This document shows positions 11,969 through 25,046 of a stretch of 64,000 nucleotides of DNA, piece after piece (the first letter of the stretch is position 1; each line of letters starts with the position of its first letter). Position numbers and translations under genes: made by a program. Under the pieces are notes generated by a model, which ran no database searches, was not told the DNA's origin, and was given only the letters and a program-made list of their open reading frames with translations. The DNA is taken from NCBI GenBank assembly GCA_026026165.1, contig JAPEUD010000050.1, forward strand, positions 62,001-126,000, written 5' to 3'. The DNA comes from Sarea resinae. Its lineage: Eukaryota.

Positions 11969-13832
11969 ATGTTCATCTTCTTCATTCCGCTCACTTTGCT
12001 GGTGACCTTCCTCTTCTCTACGTGCTATGTTGCCCCGTTCCTGGCTCGCGCCCTTGGCCACGTCGTGGGATGGTACCTCCACCGCAAGACTGAGGGGCGA
12101 CGGAGCTTGATCCTTGCCCGCGTGCAGGTGGAGGAAGAAGATTACAAATCCAATGGAAGGCACGACAGTGCGTCCGAGGATGATGGTGACTGGGAAAGGG
12201 TGGAGAGCGATGCTGCCTCGTCTTCCAATGGCGACAAGGCAGATCGAGAATGGGAGGGCATCGTGGGCTTCTTTCACCCGTTCTGGTGCGTCTGGTCATC
12301 TTGAAAGCAGGATCAAGCTGGAGCTAATGATTGTGGAACAGTAATGCTGGTGGAGGAGGAGAACGCGTGCTCTGGGCAGCAATAAGAGCAACTCAGAAAA
12401 AGTACCCAAAAGCCGTCTGCGTTGTGTATACTGGCGATCATGAAGCAGACAAGGCAACCATCCTTGAGCGTGTCAAGGTGCGCCAAGCATCCTTCCCAAT
12501 CCAAAAATATGATCCGACTAATTCCTAAGCATCTAGACACGCTTCAACATCCATCTCCACTCACCCACTATGCTTTTTCTCTACCTCTCAACCCGCCACT
12601 ACGTTCTCAGCACCACCTACCCCCATTTCACCCTTCTTGGACAATCCCTTGGCTCTCTCATCCTAGCCTACGACGCCTTCTCGCTCCTGGTCCCCGACAT
12701 CTTCATCGACACAATGGGCTATGCCTTTACGCTGGCCTTTAGTAAACTCCTCTTTCCCAAAGTCCCGACGGGCGCCTACGTGCACTACCCCACCATCTCC
12801 ACCGACATGCTCGGCTCTCTCGACACAGCTACCGAAGAAGGCGGTCAAGGTGTCAACGCAGGAACAGGCAAGGGCCTCAAGGGTTATGCCAAACGCAAAT
12901 ACTGGCACCTCTTTGCGCGCCTATATAGCTGGGTCGGTGGCTCTGTCGACGTAGTCATGACCAATTCTTCCTGGACGCAAAACCACATCCGCATTCTGTG
13001 GGGTCCATCCCGCGTGGCCCGTCACAAAACCTCGGAGGTTTCCGTTGTCTTTCCCCCTGTTGCCGTCGAGGAACTTGAGCAGGAAATCGATGTCTCCCGG
13101 GAGAGCGAAAAGAGCCGCCAAAAGATCCTTCTCTACATTGCCCAATTCCGCCCCGAGAAAAACCACGCTCTGATCTTACAAGCCTTCTCCGAATTCATGA
13201 ACTCGCCCACTACGGATGAAGACCTCAAATCCACGCAGCTCGTCCTCATCGGCTCCGTCCGCAATAGCGAAGATGCGACACGCGTTTACGATCTCAGGCT
13301 GTTGGCCCACGAACTTCACATAAAGGAATCCGTGACCTTTATCTGTGACGCCACATGGCCGGAGATCCTTACTAACTTGCGCCGCAGCTCTGTGGGCGTC
13401 AACGGCATGTGGAACGAGCACTTTGGCATCGGCGTCGTCGAGTATCAAGCGGCGGGATTGATTTCCGTCGTCAACGCCAGCGGCGGACCCAAAAATGACA
13501 TTGTCGTCGAGTATGATGGTGGACCTACCGGTATGTATTATCTGATTGATCCTTTCTATCTTCCGCCCCCTTTTTTATCTACTATAAATTGACATTCCAC
13601 CGTATCGGCAGGATTCCACGCAACCACGCCGTCTGAATTCGCCTCGGGCTTCAAGCAGGCCCTCTCACTCTCTCCGGAAGATAAACTGGCGATGCGTCTT
13701 CGTGCGCGCGAGTCGGCGAAACGATTCACCGAGGCGGCGTTTGCGCGACTCTGGCTCGTGCAGATGGACCGACTTGTCGCGTTTCAGGTCGGCTGGAGTG
13801 GCCGGTTGCCGAAGCGAGCAGAGAGGTGTTGA
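11969..13832 (+). CDS. ALG11: GDP-Man:Man3GlcNAc2-PP-Dol alpha-1,2-mannosyltransferase
   Basis: [52 protein letters not shown]; exons 11969-12285, 12342-12477, 12537-13530, 13612-13832. Confidence 0.97.
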
Positions 13833-13899
13833 GTTGAGAGGAGGTAGGCAGGTAGGTGTGAGGTTTACAAGATATGAAAACAGGAGGTGAGAGGAAAAA

Positions 13900-16100
13900 G
13901 GATGGGAACGAGAAGGGAACACGCCTGATGTGTTCTTTTTTTTCCCTTCGGTCGGTCGGTCGGTTCGGGAGATCGGGAGATGCATAGACGGACAGACGGA
14001 TAGATAGATGTCTGAGACGCCGTAGTGTCGTTTGGTGCTTGATGATTGGAATCGTGGAAAGAGAGTGACGAAGAGTGAGGAAGAGTGTGTCCATGTTCAC
14101 AAGAGAGATTCAATCAATATACCCCCTGTTTCTTCCCTTTTCATACATACATACCATACATAGCACCCGAACCTGCCTGATATGTACCACGTTGGCCCAA
14201 TCTAACCTAATCTAACCCGACCTGACTTGACTTGACTTGACTTGACTTGATTGATACCAATCGACCGATTAATCGATTCATCGCGCCATCATCTACCTAC
14301 CCTACTGCACACAGGCTCGGGCACCCTCCCTCCCTCTTGGTCTCTTGATCCTATTAGTCCTCTTAGTCCTCTTAGTCCTCTGGGGTCCAGTTGAGTCCGA
14401 GTCCGAGTCCGAGTCCGAGTCCGAGGTGAATTAGAGATCCGAGATTAGAGACTAGGGAGATAGGAGGTGGGAGGTGCAAAAGATGGAAGCGTTGACTTTG
14501 CAGTCGAGAAGGGAGGGAGATGGAAGGGAAAGAGTGAGATAGAGCGAGATAGAGGGAGAGAAGGATAGGGGAAAGGGATAGCGATAGGGGTAGGATAGGG
14601 GATAGGGGATAGGGATGGCATAGCGATAGCGATAGGGGCAGGGACAGGGACAGAGACAGAGGTACGGGGATTGACGGCAGGGCAAACGGGATAGAGATGG
14701 TAGAAGCTTTAGAGAAGAGATGGTGCAAGAACAGAGATGAGAATCAGAGATGGGGCCAGGAGCTAGAAGCAAGCAAGTAAGACAGTAGAGGCAAGACAGT
14801 AGGAGAGGTAGGTAGACTGCTCTCCCTCCCCTCTAGTCTAGTCTAGTCTAGTCTAGTCTAGTCTACCTCTCTTGCAATATACTCATCCGTACAGTGGGAA
14901 GTGCGGGTGTTATAAACGTGGACAAAAAAAGAGAGGGCTGGTTCTTGGTTGTTGGTTCTTGTTTCTTGGTTCTTGTTTCTTGGTACGGATTCACCTAGCA
15001 TGTGGCATGTGGCATGTGGCATCTAGGATCTGGTGTTGAGCCTTTAGTGTTGAGCATTCTCAGTGTCTGGTATTCGTTACCTTAGGCATTGAGGCATGTA
15101 GCATATAGCGTCTGGTATTTTTTGATTCTTCATATGGGCCGGGATGAGTTTCTCTATAGAGAGATAGAGAGATAGATAGAAGGATGGATGCATGGATGTG
15201 ATCTGATGTGATCTGATCTGATCTGATGAGAAAGAGGAAAACGACCGAGGAAAAAATGAGAATGGAAAAAGGCAAACGGAAAAAGGCAAAGGTAAAGGGA
15301 AAGGGGAACGGAAAGGAAAGGAGAGGGACGGGAGGAAGGGCGAAGATGTAGATAGGGAGATGGGTAGACAAAGAGATAGATGGATAGATGGATAGATGGA
15401 TAGAAGAAAGAAAGAACGAAAAAGCCCACCCCGCAGCCCAAACCCTTTCCGGATCCCGAATTGAACAAGAACAAATGAGATGATGGATTTGACTATGAAG
15501 ATGAAACGTCTGGGGTAGGTGGGTGGTGTAGGGAGGGAGTGTGTAGGGTAGGAGGTAGAGAGGGAGGGAGGGGGCTGTAGGCGTAGTTGAGTCGGTGGCA
15601 GAACAATGAGTGGTGGAGTACTCTAGATGGATGGATAGACAGGCAGATAGATAGATAGATGGATAGATGATAGATGGATGGATGAATCAATAGATATATA
15701 GATGGATGGACGTGGTGATATGATGTGATTTTCTATGACATGACACGATCTGATGAGAAGAATCTACCGATGAGACATCGAGCATGTAGCCCGGGATACC
15801 GAAAGCTGGAATTGATGAGAAAGAGAGGGCAGAAAAAGGAGAGGTGGTATCATAGTCCATTCGACAGACAAACGGAGAACCAAAACGAAGGAACAAATAT
15901 CAAAAAAGAAACTGGGATGGCCCAAAGACGGACATAGACACGAGACCGGCAAACCAGGTATCAGGTAGCCGCGAGAAGAAAAGAAAACCAAAAAGAGAAG
16001 ATATATGTCTATGTGAGATCGAACGAGAGAGGGTAGAAACAAGCCGCGAGAGAACAGGCCGCCAACGAAAAGGCGGAGGCAGAGATGAAAGGTACGTAAG
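13900..16100. repeat. Microsatellite-saturated convergent intergenic/3'UTR tract
   Basis: (GACTT)n 14224-14250, (GAGTCC)n 14393-14425, (CTAGT)n 14832-14865, plus (GATA/GATG)n, (GATCT)n and (GGGATA)n arrays. Confidence 0.9.
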
Positions 16101-16143
16101 GCCTGGCAAAAGATGACCGAGAAAACAGACTGCTCGCCTAACA

Positions 16144-18447
16144 TCATCGGCCCTCATAGTCACTGGCCCAATCCCCACCCGCACTACCCGCACTGCCACC
16201 CCACTGTCCACTCACCCCAGGGTTCGAAGCATATCCGCCGTCACCAACCTCGTCATCGAAATAGTCCCCGCCGCTACTGGCATCATAGCTGCTCCTGCCG
16301 CTCAGATCCCCATCGTCTCCAGGCTGCGGCGCCGAGTCAATAGCATCCCATTGCAGGCCCGCAAGTGCAGGGTACTGCGCCAGCAGGGCGGCCGGGAGTG
16401 TGTAATTGCCGCTATTGTTGCCCAGACTGTCGATGCCGGCACCCAGGTCGAGAGGAGGGTCCTGGGTAGCGGGGGCGCCGATCCCTGGTTGGAGATTCAT
16501 CAAGGCCGCCTGCTGCTCATTGTAGACACGCTGCCGCTCGAGTCGCTCCTCATCCAGCAGAGGCTTGATGCATATCCTGCCGGCTTCGGAGCGAAAATGC
16601 CGGCCTAGCGCATCTGCACGGGCAAAGCGTCGACCGCAACCCCATGTGCTGCTGGACTTGAGCTGTCCTCGGCAGACGAAGCGTTTTTCGCCCGAGTGGA
16701 GACCCTCATGACGCTTGCGGTCGTGCTGGCGTGCAAAGGCCTTGCCGCAGACTGTACAGACGAAAGGACGCTCATCGGTATGAGTGCGAAGGTGGGAACG
16801 CAGGTTGTAGGCGCGCGTAAAGCGTTTAGGGCACAGTGTGCATTGGAAGGTTGCAGGGTGTTTTTGAACTCGTCGGGAGTCGCTGGCGTTAGCACCAGGG
16901 CGTTGCGGATCGGCAAGGTCGAGGATATAGTCGCGATTGGGGAGAGAGGATGTGGACGACCGACGGACGTGGCCGGCTCTTTGGCTGGGTGACGATGCCC
17001 CACTGCTGCGGGCACCGACATCAAGAGGCGATAGAGAAGTGGCGGCGTCGATCGATCCGTGGTGGGCCAGATTTGACCCCGGAGTCGATGGCCGTGAGGA
17101 AGGCCTGGATAATGGAGTTCCGTATGGATCGGATCTCGACCGATCTCTTCTTCCACGGGGTCGTTCCGGTGGACTCAATGCATTACCATCGTCGGGGCCC
17201 TTGGCAGGTTCAAAACTCTGCTGTCGTGATGGCGCGGCAAACTCGATGCTAATCTCAGGAGGGGCCATCTGGTTTGCTTGACCCAAATCGACAGGAGGAC
17301 TGGTCTGCATGAAAGATGGAAAAGCTTCTTGGCTCGGATTGGAATACATGTTTGTCCCTCCACTTTGTTGGGTATCTAGAGGTTGCTGAAAATTGCTCTG
17401 CTCGTAGTTAAGCCCTTGTACTTGGGGTGACACGTGCGGCGAAACGTGCGGGCTTGGCCTTGGACTGATCCTCTGCTGCTGTTGGACGTCCGAGAGTGTG
17501 AATTGCTCGATACCTAGACCGGCGTCTTGGTAGACATTTGCATCTTGCTGTGCGCCCATCAGAGGGGAATGGTGCTGATCGAACGAGTCGAAATTATCAT
17601 TGTTGCCTAGGTATGGCGACGGGGCGACGGACGAGGAGACATCCGAATGTTCTGATGGTGCTCGCCGGTGAGTCTGGAATGCAGGCCCTTGGAGCATGCC
17701 GGAAAAGTCTTGCGGAAATCCGGCTGTGGAGGGATCTAGAGACGTATGGCGCGAATGATGCGGGGAATGAAATTGCCCTTGGTTCAGGCTCGGAGAAGAC
17801 TGTTGTACCGGATGGTGTGCTGGAGAAGGATATTGCCTCTGGTCAGGTTGAAGCAGGTTTGGGGGTGTGGGATTCGGGGGAGGAGGTGACAGGCTGTTCA
17901 TTATATCGGCTGGATTGATTGACTGATTCTGCGGGAGACTATTTCCAAAGAGTTGTGGGTCCATAAACGACGGGTCAAATGATTGATCCGGATTCAATTG
18001 ATTGTCCTGGAACAGAGAGAAGTCGTTGAATTGCTGATCCTCATTCATGTATTCAGAGGGAAATTGGTCATTCTGCTGCTGCCCGAATGGAGAGGATGAC
18101 TGAGGGACTGAGGTGGGGGCTTCTGGTTTGTTGGAAGAGAACCCTTGACCCTGGAGGAAGTTGTCCTGCGAGCCTATGTGCGCATACGCTGCGCTCTGGT
18201 CTGGGACACCCAAATACGGCGCCGAATTGTTGTAGTCGGCGCCGACTGCTTGGGAAAGCAAGTCGGGGTGGAACGAATTGTTGTTCGAGAAAGCCTGCTG
18301 GTCAGGTACAAAGGAAGAATCGAGTCCAAGGCCGCCAACATGGTCTGGATAATTGTTCGGCGATGGAGAAGGATTTATATGATGGCCCCCATGTGAGCTC
18401 GACGACCTCCCACGCTGCTGCTCCTGGTGATGCTGTAATTGCTCCAT
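16144..18447 (-). CDS. CRZ1: Calcineurin-responsive C2H2 zinc-finger transcription factor
   Basis: [80 protein letters not shown]; PxIxIT-like PEISIE; first ATG at 18447; apparently intronless. Confidence 0.96.
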   Translation of the reverse strand: MEQLQHHQEQQRGRSSSSHGGHHINPSPSPNNYPDHVGGLGLDSSFVPDQQAFSNNNSFHPDLLSQAVGADYNNSAPYLGVPDQSAAYAHIGSQDNFLQGQGFSSNKPEAPTSVPQSSSPFGQQQNDQFPSEYMNEDQQFNDFSLFQDNQLNPDQSFDPSFMDPQLFGNSLPQNQSINPADIMNSLSPPPPNPTPPNLLQPDQRQYPSPAHHPVQQSSPSLNQGQFHSPHHSRHTSLDPSTAGFPQDFSGMLQGPAFQTHRRAPSEHSDVSSSVAPSPYLGNNDNFDSFDQHHSPLMGAQQDANVYQDAGLGIEQFTLSDVQQQQRISPRPSPHVSPHVSPQVQGLNYEQSNFQQPLDTQQSGGTNMYSNPSQEAFPSFMQTSPPVDLGQANQMAPPEISIEFAAPSRQQSFEPAKGPDDGNALSPPERPRGRRDRSRSDPYGTPLSRPSSRPSTPGSNLAHHGSIDAATSLSPLDVGARSSGASSPSQRAGHVRRSSTSSLPNRDYILDLADPQRPGANASDSRRVQKHPATFQCTLCPKRFTRAYNLRSHLRTHTDERPFVCTVCGKAFARQHDRKRHEGLHSGEKRFVCRGQLKSSSTWGCGRRFARADALGRHFRSEAGRICIKPLLDEERLERQRVYNEQQAALMNLQPGIGAPATQDPPLDLGAGIDSLGNNSGNYTLPAALLAQYPALAGLQWDAIDSAPQPGDDGDLSGRSSYDASSGGDYFDDEVGDGGYASNPGVSGQWGGSAGSAGGDWASDYEGR

Positions 18448-20623
18448 GGCGGCGAGGCTCGTGTTACTTTTCTTAGGGTTCGAGGGAGCTTGGACCAGCG
18501 GTTGGACCCGAAGAGGCGGAGGTGGAGGCCAAGTCGACGGCAGAAGCCTCGATGCGGGACGATGGGAAGATCTGGGACCCAAAAACGGCCCGCTAGGTTG
18601 AAAGCAATCCCCAGGGTGGGAGAGGTTCAATAGAGGTTGAGACGTTGGACAGCGGAGCTGAGAAGGTTCATCTGCGACCGAGCCTCGCGGGGAGCTTCCG
18701 AGGCGCAGTATCGATTAGCTATGACCGCGCGACCGTGAATTGAGGGTGCAGACGACGGCAGTATATTAGCCACCGCTGTCCGAATGACTTGGCACAGCAA
18801 TGCTTAAAATAGCCTGGGCCTGTCGTCCAGGACGCCGACGTAGGAGATATAGGGCTATCGCCAATCTTCACGAGAGGTGCCCCGGGTAGGCGCCTACCAG
18901 GTTTAGCGCCCTCGCGACGTGGAGACCGCCCCGATGAGTTTGCGGTGGGTTTGTCTACTTCAGGGTGCGCCGTGCGACGGGGTCCATCCAGCAGTCGAAC
19001 GATGATCAATGCTTGGGGTCGGAGAAGGGCTCGGTAGGGCAAAGTCCCCGTCCAGACCCTGTTTGCCCTACGCTGTCCTGTCCGCACTTCTAGAGATGTT
19101 CGACGAGTACGGTCCGGCTTGGCGGCGATCGAAGCCCAACGAGGAGAGGTCTAAGCCTCGTCGTGGCTGCGCGCTTGAAGTGGGCGGTATGCAGTACGAG
19201 GAGTATGTAGTACGCAGGAGTGACGAAAGAAGAAGCGTGGGGATGGCCGTGTACCTGTGCCTGCCCTGTGCGAGACAGGGTGTGATGGGTGTGATGGATG
19301 TGATGGATGTGATGGATGACGACGGACGGATCTGGGACGAGAGATGAGGCAGAAAGCGTGACCGAATGGTTGATACCTGGCCGTAGTGTCACCGCCGACA
19401 CTACTGTTTCATCGTAGGAACAGTGAGAACCGGTGAGAGACGGTGACCGACGGTGACGATCAGGCACGGCAAGTGAGGTGAGGACGAAGTCAGATGAAGG
19501 GTGGTGGATGTCTCCTGCAGGTAGACACGGGTGTGGTCAAGTCGCAAATCGACTTGGACAGTACCTCTCCGGTTCTTCGACAATCAATCCATCATCGCTG
19601 AAGAGGGGGAGTGGGAGTGGGAGTAGGACGAAACGAGACTCGTGCTGGGCCGTGCAGCAGGTCCCAGGGTCCCGCGGGCGACTCTACGTAGTACAGGTGG
19701 AGAAGGGGATGCATCAGAGAACACTCGGATGCGGGAATGGCCAATACCTCCAGCTGCCAACCCTCGTGACTCCGACCGTCAGTACTGGCACAGCCCGCCC
19801 GGCTTGTGTTGCGGTGCGGGGGGTGCACTGCCTGGGACAACGTGCGAGGCACCTCACGAGGCAGAATGCTGCAAGAGGTACCCGGTACTTCGGTCGGCCA
19901 GCTTCCTTGGTGGCGAGAGAAGTCACCGAGTCCACCTGCCGGGCAGTACGCTGCAAGTCCATCTAAAAATACAAGTAGCAGATGCCCGTCAGTTGATCCG
20001 GGATCGATCCACCGTCGATGGCGAGATAAGATTCCCCACTGCCGTCCATGACCTCATACATCACACACTCGCTGACGTCCACTGCCCTGCTCTTCTTTCC
20101 CGTCCTCCTCTCAGTTGCGTCGTGGACACGGTGGAATCAATCCACTTCGTATTCCGTCGGCCCTTTCATGGTATCAAATGCCCCTTGGCCACCGCCCAAA
20201 CCATTCAGGGGAGGCCAAGACGGTGGGAAGTCGCTGGCGGCGTGCTAGACGAGAGGCTAGAGGCTAGGAAAGGCCTTCCGATGAGAGTCGTATTTCCGAG
20301 TGACCGATTTGGCCTCTGACTGAAGCCCACGAAGAATCTCAATCTTGAAACACGGCGTTGCGCGAATGGGTTGCTTCGACAGCTGTAATGATGCTGTTGA
20401 CTACGGTGGGCTTTACGGGATCCTCTACGTGACCCGTCGCGTATTCCGGCGTGATATGACCAAAGCGAATATCAATCAGTTCTATGTTGTTGTCGAGGAT
20501 CGTCCAGAATGAAGTCGTGATCGAGCTATCAACCATCGTTTGGCATCTTGAGACCCAATGATTGTCATGATGCGCTTCTAGACACATCTTCATCGCTCTG
20601 ACTCGAGCAGCAATCGAAGCAGC

Positions 20624-22267
20624 ATGGCACCGAGACCTCAGCTGTCATTGCCGACTCCTGCGCCCCTCCCCCATACGCTTCGCCTACCGTCGAATAGTCC
20701 CGTCGTTTTCAAGACGCTGATCAGAGTCTCACGTCCGGCTCTGATCACTTTAGCTCTGGAATGGCTTCAAAAGGCCAATCAGAACCTCTGCCCACCATAT
20801 CTATCCACAGACGAGGACGACGAAGATGACGATGGCGCGTACTCTGCGGCCCAAAGCCTCGAAGAATTGCGCGAAATCTATCAGGAGCTACAAGATCGCA
20901 AAGGAGCAAAGAGGGAAGTCGTGGATCGCATCCTCGAAGGAGATTGGAGACGAGGCATCACGCTCTACCAGCTTGCGACCGTAGACGTCCGGTATCTGCT
21001 GGACCGTCCGTCTTCGCAGCGTTGGACTGCCCTCACGCTGTCGCGCGTCGTCTCGGATAGTGCCCATTTGGAGGACCGGGCCGATGCCGGAAATGGAGAT
21101 AATAGTACCGTCAGCGTTCCACGGTTTCATGCTCAGACGTTTCTTCGAAATCTCCAACAAGAAATTGCCCCCATCGTCAAAGCTCATTTCTATCTCACGC
21201 GAGCGCCATCCTTGCCCGTTACTCTTCTCCGTGTATACATTCACGATTCGCCGTATAATAGCCAGAGATCTTTGTTTGAATCAGATGCAGTGAGGCAAGC
21301 CATCTCGGATTCAGCAAAGACCTTGTATGTCGCGTTTCCCGATGGCGCTCCGGCTATATACGTCTCTCTAGTGACTACACCTGGACAGTCTGCAGCGGGT
21401 GAAGGTCGCAGCCTGCGAAAAGTCGTTCTCGACGTGAGTGCAGTCAATTCTCTCTTCGTTTGATTGTCTCTTACATATAATCAGGCCCTTCCCAAAGCCC
21501 TCTCCCGTCCGAGAGCTCGCTTCACACTACGGCCGAGTTCTCTCTCAGCTCGATCGCTCACCGCACTGCTTGCCCTACGAGGTCCTGGTCGAGGAAGCGC
21601 CGCACCGGGGGGCTGGAGCATATTTGCTGATGGCAGTGCTGAAGACAGTCCGCTGGATCATGCCTTACCCGAAAGCAAAAGGTTAGATAAGCAGCAGGAG
21701 CATGCAGACACTCAAGAAGACAAGCCAGATAAAACGAATGGTGTCAGTCGACGACGGGGTCGTCCACAGTCGACATCTGACTCTACGGTATCGCCAGCCA
21801 CAAAGAAGAGAAGATTGACAGCCAAAGGCCGCTTTGGTGATTCCGCTCTCGAGTCAGACGGCAAAGGTCTGGAGCGTCTCGATATCCGCATCGAGGACCC
21901 GTTGCCACAAGACACAAGAATATCGTCACGTGCCACTATTTCTGGCGTTGCGAATGCCTCTCCCACTCCATCCGAAGCAAGCGTCCAAGCAACGCCATCT
22001 CAGCCCGAAAAGCGTGGTCGCGGACGGCCCCGTCGATCCTCCTTCCCTACCATCGTCGATGATCCTACGACGTCTGAAGGCGACACCGGCTGGAGACCTA
22101 GCATCCAGCTGACGTTCCACGGTACGCATGTTTTTGCGGGGATCAGAAAGCTGGTGGAGGATGGGGTGGTAGACGGGTTGAAGATGCCTGGGTGGATGAC
22201 AGGCGAGGCGGGCGTAAGTGTTGGCGTCGTCAGAGACGGACGGGTCAGACGGCGAGAGGGTGTTTAG
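20624..22267 (+). CDS. CHL4: Kinetochore protein CENP-N/Chl4 family
   Basis: KREVVDRILEGDWRRGITLYQLA, ALPKALSRP...R-L-ALL-LRGPGR...GGWSIFA, F-GTHVFAGIRKL...MPGWMTGE; intron 21434-21484. Confidence 0.85.
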
Positions 22268-23191
22268 GCTCAATCTTGAGTGCTCGCCTTTGAACTGCAG
22301 ACTTTTTTAGAGGGAGGCGTTGGCTTGGACTTTGGCGCATGGCAATGCTGTGGAGAGAAAGGAGTATGAGGGGACTAGCTGCGTTGAAATGGCAGACTTC
22401 CAGGGATAGGATCGTGGCGTGGCATATCGATCGCACCGCCCGTCTTCTACAGATCTAGTATGAATGCACAGCAGCAGATGAGACAATGAACCCAAATCGT
22501 GTTCGGATCAAACTCGTATGAAGAGCTATACTCCGGAGTACGCCATCAAAGAAACATGTCCCCGATGGTAGAGATATCGAGACATGACTTACAAAGCGTA
22601 AACAACGCCCCCCTCGGACCCCACGTAGTACGACGTACAAAGCCACCAGGTACAGAGGTACGAACTACGTACTTCGTACATCTGCCCCTCCGATCTTCGT
22701 AATCACCAGCGCGGCTATCAACACCATTCGTAATCATCAGCTCAACTGAATTGAACGTTTCAGCTCGCACGTCAACGCCGCACAAACCACGCATTCCGCT
22801 CGACTTATACGACATATCATAAACTCCTCGGACTGCCTTTCTTTCTCTGCTTCCTCGCCTGCTTCGCGACACCAAACATATCAAGGTACGCCCGAGACCG
22901 CTGAGATTTACCGCGTCCATATCGTCGGGTCCTATCGCACCGCATCGCATCGCTTGAGAGGAGAGTACTTACGAGGTAGCGGGGTAGCTATCCAGCTCAC
23001 AAGGTTCAGCGCAGCAGTCTGACCCAGAGTCGAATCTTGCAAGAAAACAACAATAACAATTTTCGGGCATCATTCCCACTTTGGCTGTGCATCCTTGGTT
23101 TCACGTCTATAGCCCAGCCAGCTATTCCACCGTCGTTTTCCACGAAGCGCAATAGTGAGGAAAGGAGAAGAAGAAAGCAGAAGCAGCAACA

Positions 23192-23669
23192 ATGGCCGAC
23201 ACAGCAGCAGCAGCGGCGGCAGACCAGCAACCGCACACATACGATTTCTCGATCGCGATGAGCTGCTCCGGGTGTTCGGGCGCCGTGGAGCGCGTAATCA
23301 AAAAACTACCCGGTTGGTCTCGTCCCGCCTGCCCCCTCCCCCCTCTCTCCCTCTCAGCGGGGGCGGACAATAAAGCAACAACCGCTCTTCCACCATCTCA
23401 CAGCATCGATCATCTCTACCAGCCGCTCTACTCCCAGCCCATCATTTCGAGCCAGCTAACGCAAGACTCACAAACCAGGCATCAAATCCTACGACGTCTC
23501 GCTGGACGCGCAGACCGCCAGCATCGTCACCGACGGCGCCACGGCGGCAGAGACCCCGGACTACGAGACCATCGTCACAAAGATCCAGAAGACGGGCAAG
23601 AAGGTGAACAGTGCGCGCATGGACGGCCACGAGATGGAGCTGGAGAAGCCGTTTGGCGTCAAGGCATGA
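23192..23669 (+). CDS. ATX1: Copper chaperone (HMA domain)
   Basis: MSCSGCSGAVERV metal-binding motif and KIQKTGK; intron 23313-23478; stop at 23667-23669. Confidence 0.95.
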
Positions 23670-23689
23670 ATGGGCTTGATTTGATTTGA

Positions 23690-24264
23690 TTCCATTCGAC
23701 TCAACTTGAAAGTAGTGGTGTGAGAGATAGAACGTCATACTGGGGGAGAGATGAGAGGCAATCAGCAAAAAGGGGTCTGCAGGGCCTAAAGGGCCTCATC
23801 AGGCAGGGCAGGCAAGGTCTTTGCTATGATTGGCGTATGAGGGGGTTGATCGCTCTCTCTCTCTCTCTCTCTTCCCATCTTCCACCCTTCTATCCGTTCT
23901 ATCCCTCCCTCCTCTTCCGCGGCGGCGTCCTAGTTCCTCGCGCTCTTCTAATACCCAAACACACACAAACACAAACACAGATACAAATAGATCCATAGAT
24001 CCATGGCAAGCAACCGACAAAGCAACCAACAACTTCCGTTTCATCCATTACCATCTCGTCTCCATTACCATCCCGTCTCCATCCCGTCTCCATCCCGTCC
24101 CTGCCTTCAAGCAAACAAGAACGATGAACAAAGGAAAAAAAGAAGCAGAGAAAAGATAACGAACCCGTACCCTCACGCTCCTATCCTAACCCAGCCCCAA
24201 CTCCAACCCCAAACCCTAAACAAAACCCGAAACCCAGCGCGCCCCTGGTTCGAGGCCCTTCTGT

Positions 24265-24303
<39 letters not shown>

Positions 24304-25040
24304 GACAGATGTAGACGTCCACGTACACATACATCCACGTCCACATGCGTACACATACACGTACACGTACACTAGGGCGCTCGTAGCAAGAATAGAGAAT
24401 GGAGAATGGAGACGGGGATGGGGATGGGGATACGAACAGGGATGGGAATGGATGGGAATAGCCGCTCGCTGTCGTGGTCAGTGTACCTAGAGGTGAGACC
24501 TAAAAAAAAGTCATTGTAGAGTAGGATGCAGATAGATGCAAAGGTGAGTGAGATGAAGTCGCCTTCAAACTTCATCTTCATCTTCATCTTCAAATATTCC
24601 ACTTCCATCTCTGGCGGCCCAATTTTGACCTCAACTTCGACTTTCCAACGTCAGCTCCAGCTCCAGCTTCATGTTCGACTTCGACTTCGACTTCAATCTT
24701 CAGAGAGACAGAAAAAAAAAAGAGGACGGAAGCACGCCACGCCACGCCACGAGAGGAAATTCTTCTATTAAACCATACAAATTCATTGCTACTATGATAA
24801 TTCTTCTTCTTCTTCTTCTTCTTCTTCTTCTGCTACCACTCATATAGCACGGTAGCCCTTTTTCATCCGCTTTTGGATAGGCCGAGTGGTCGGTCATTCG
24901 CCTAGCCAGCCAAGCAGCCAAGCCAAAACCAGACCAGACATGATACGACATGATACGAAGATGCGGGGAATTGCTTTCTTTCTTTCTTTCTTTCTTTCTT
25001 TTCTCTAGATATCTTCTTTATTCGCTCTGCTCCCCCTGAT
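23690..25040. repeat. Microsatellite-rich convergent intergenic tract
   Basis: (CT)n, (GCAGAC)n 24265-24303, (GGGATG)n, (CTTCAT)n, (CTT)n 24801-24831, (TTTC)n. Confidence 0.9.
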
Positions 25041-25046
25041 TCCCGT

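Noticed and set aside
14372..16211. Numerous 60-130 aa ORFs (likewise at 23700-24950 and 57600-61700)
   Set aside because: Translations of simple repeats (LSLSL, IHPS, CVCV); not credible genes
18448..18630. 61-codon open in-frame extension upstream of the CRZ1 ATG (TTG start)
   Set aside because: No ATG and no conservation evidence; stop-free stretches of this length are common in GC-rich 5'UTRs
19642..20593. 225-aa plus-strand ORF and 84-aa minus-strand ORF between CRZ1 and CHL4
   Set aside because: No family motifs; the longer ORF has a non-ATG start; both lie in what is probably divergent promoter/5'UTR DNA
24230..24262. GGTTCGA T-loop-like motif suggesting a tRNA
   Set aside because: No T-stem, A box or cloverleaf can be formed
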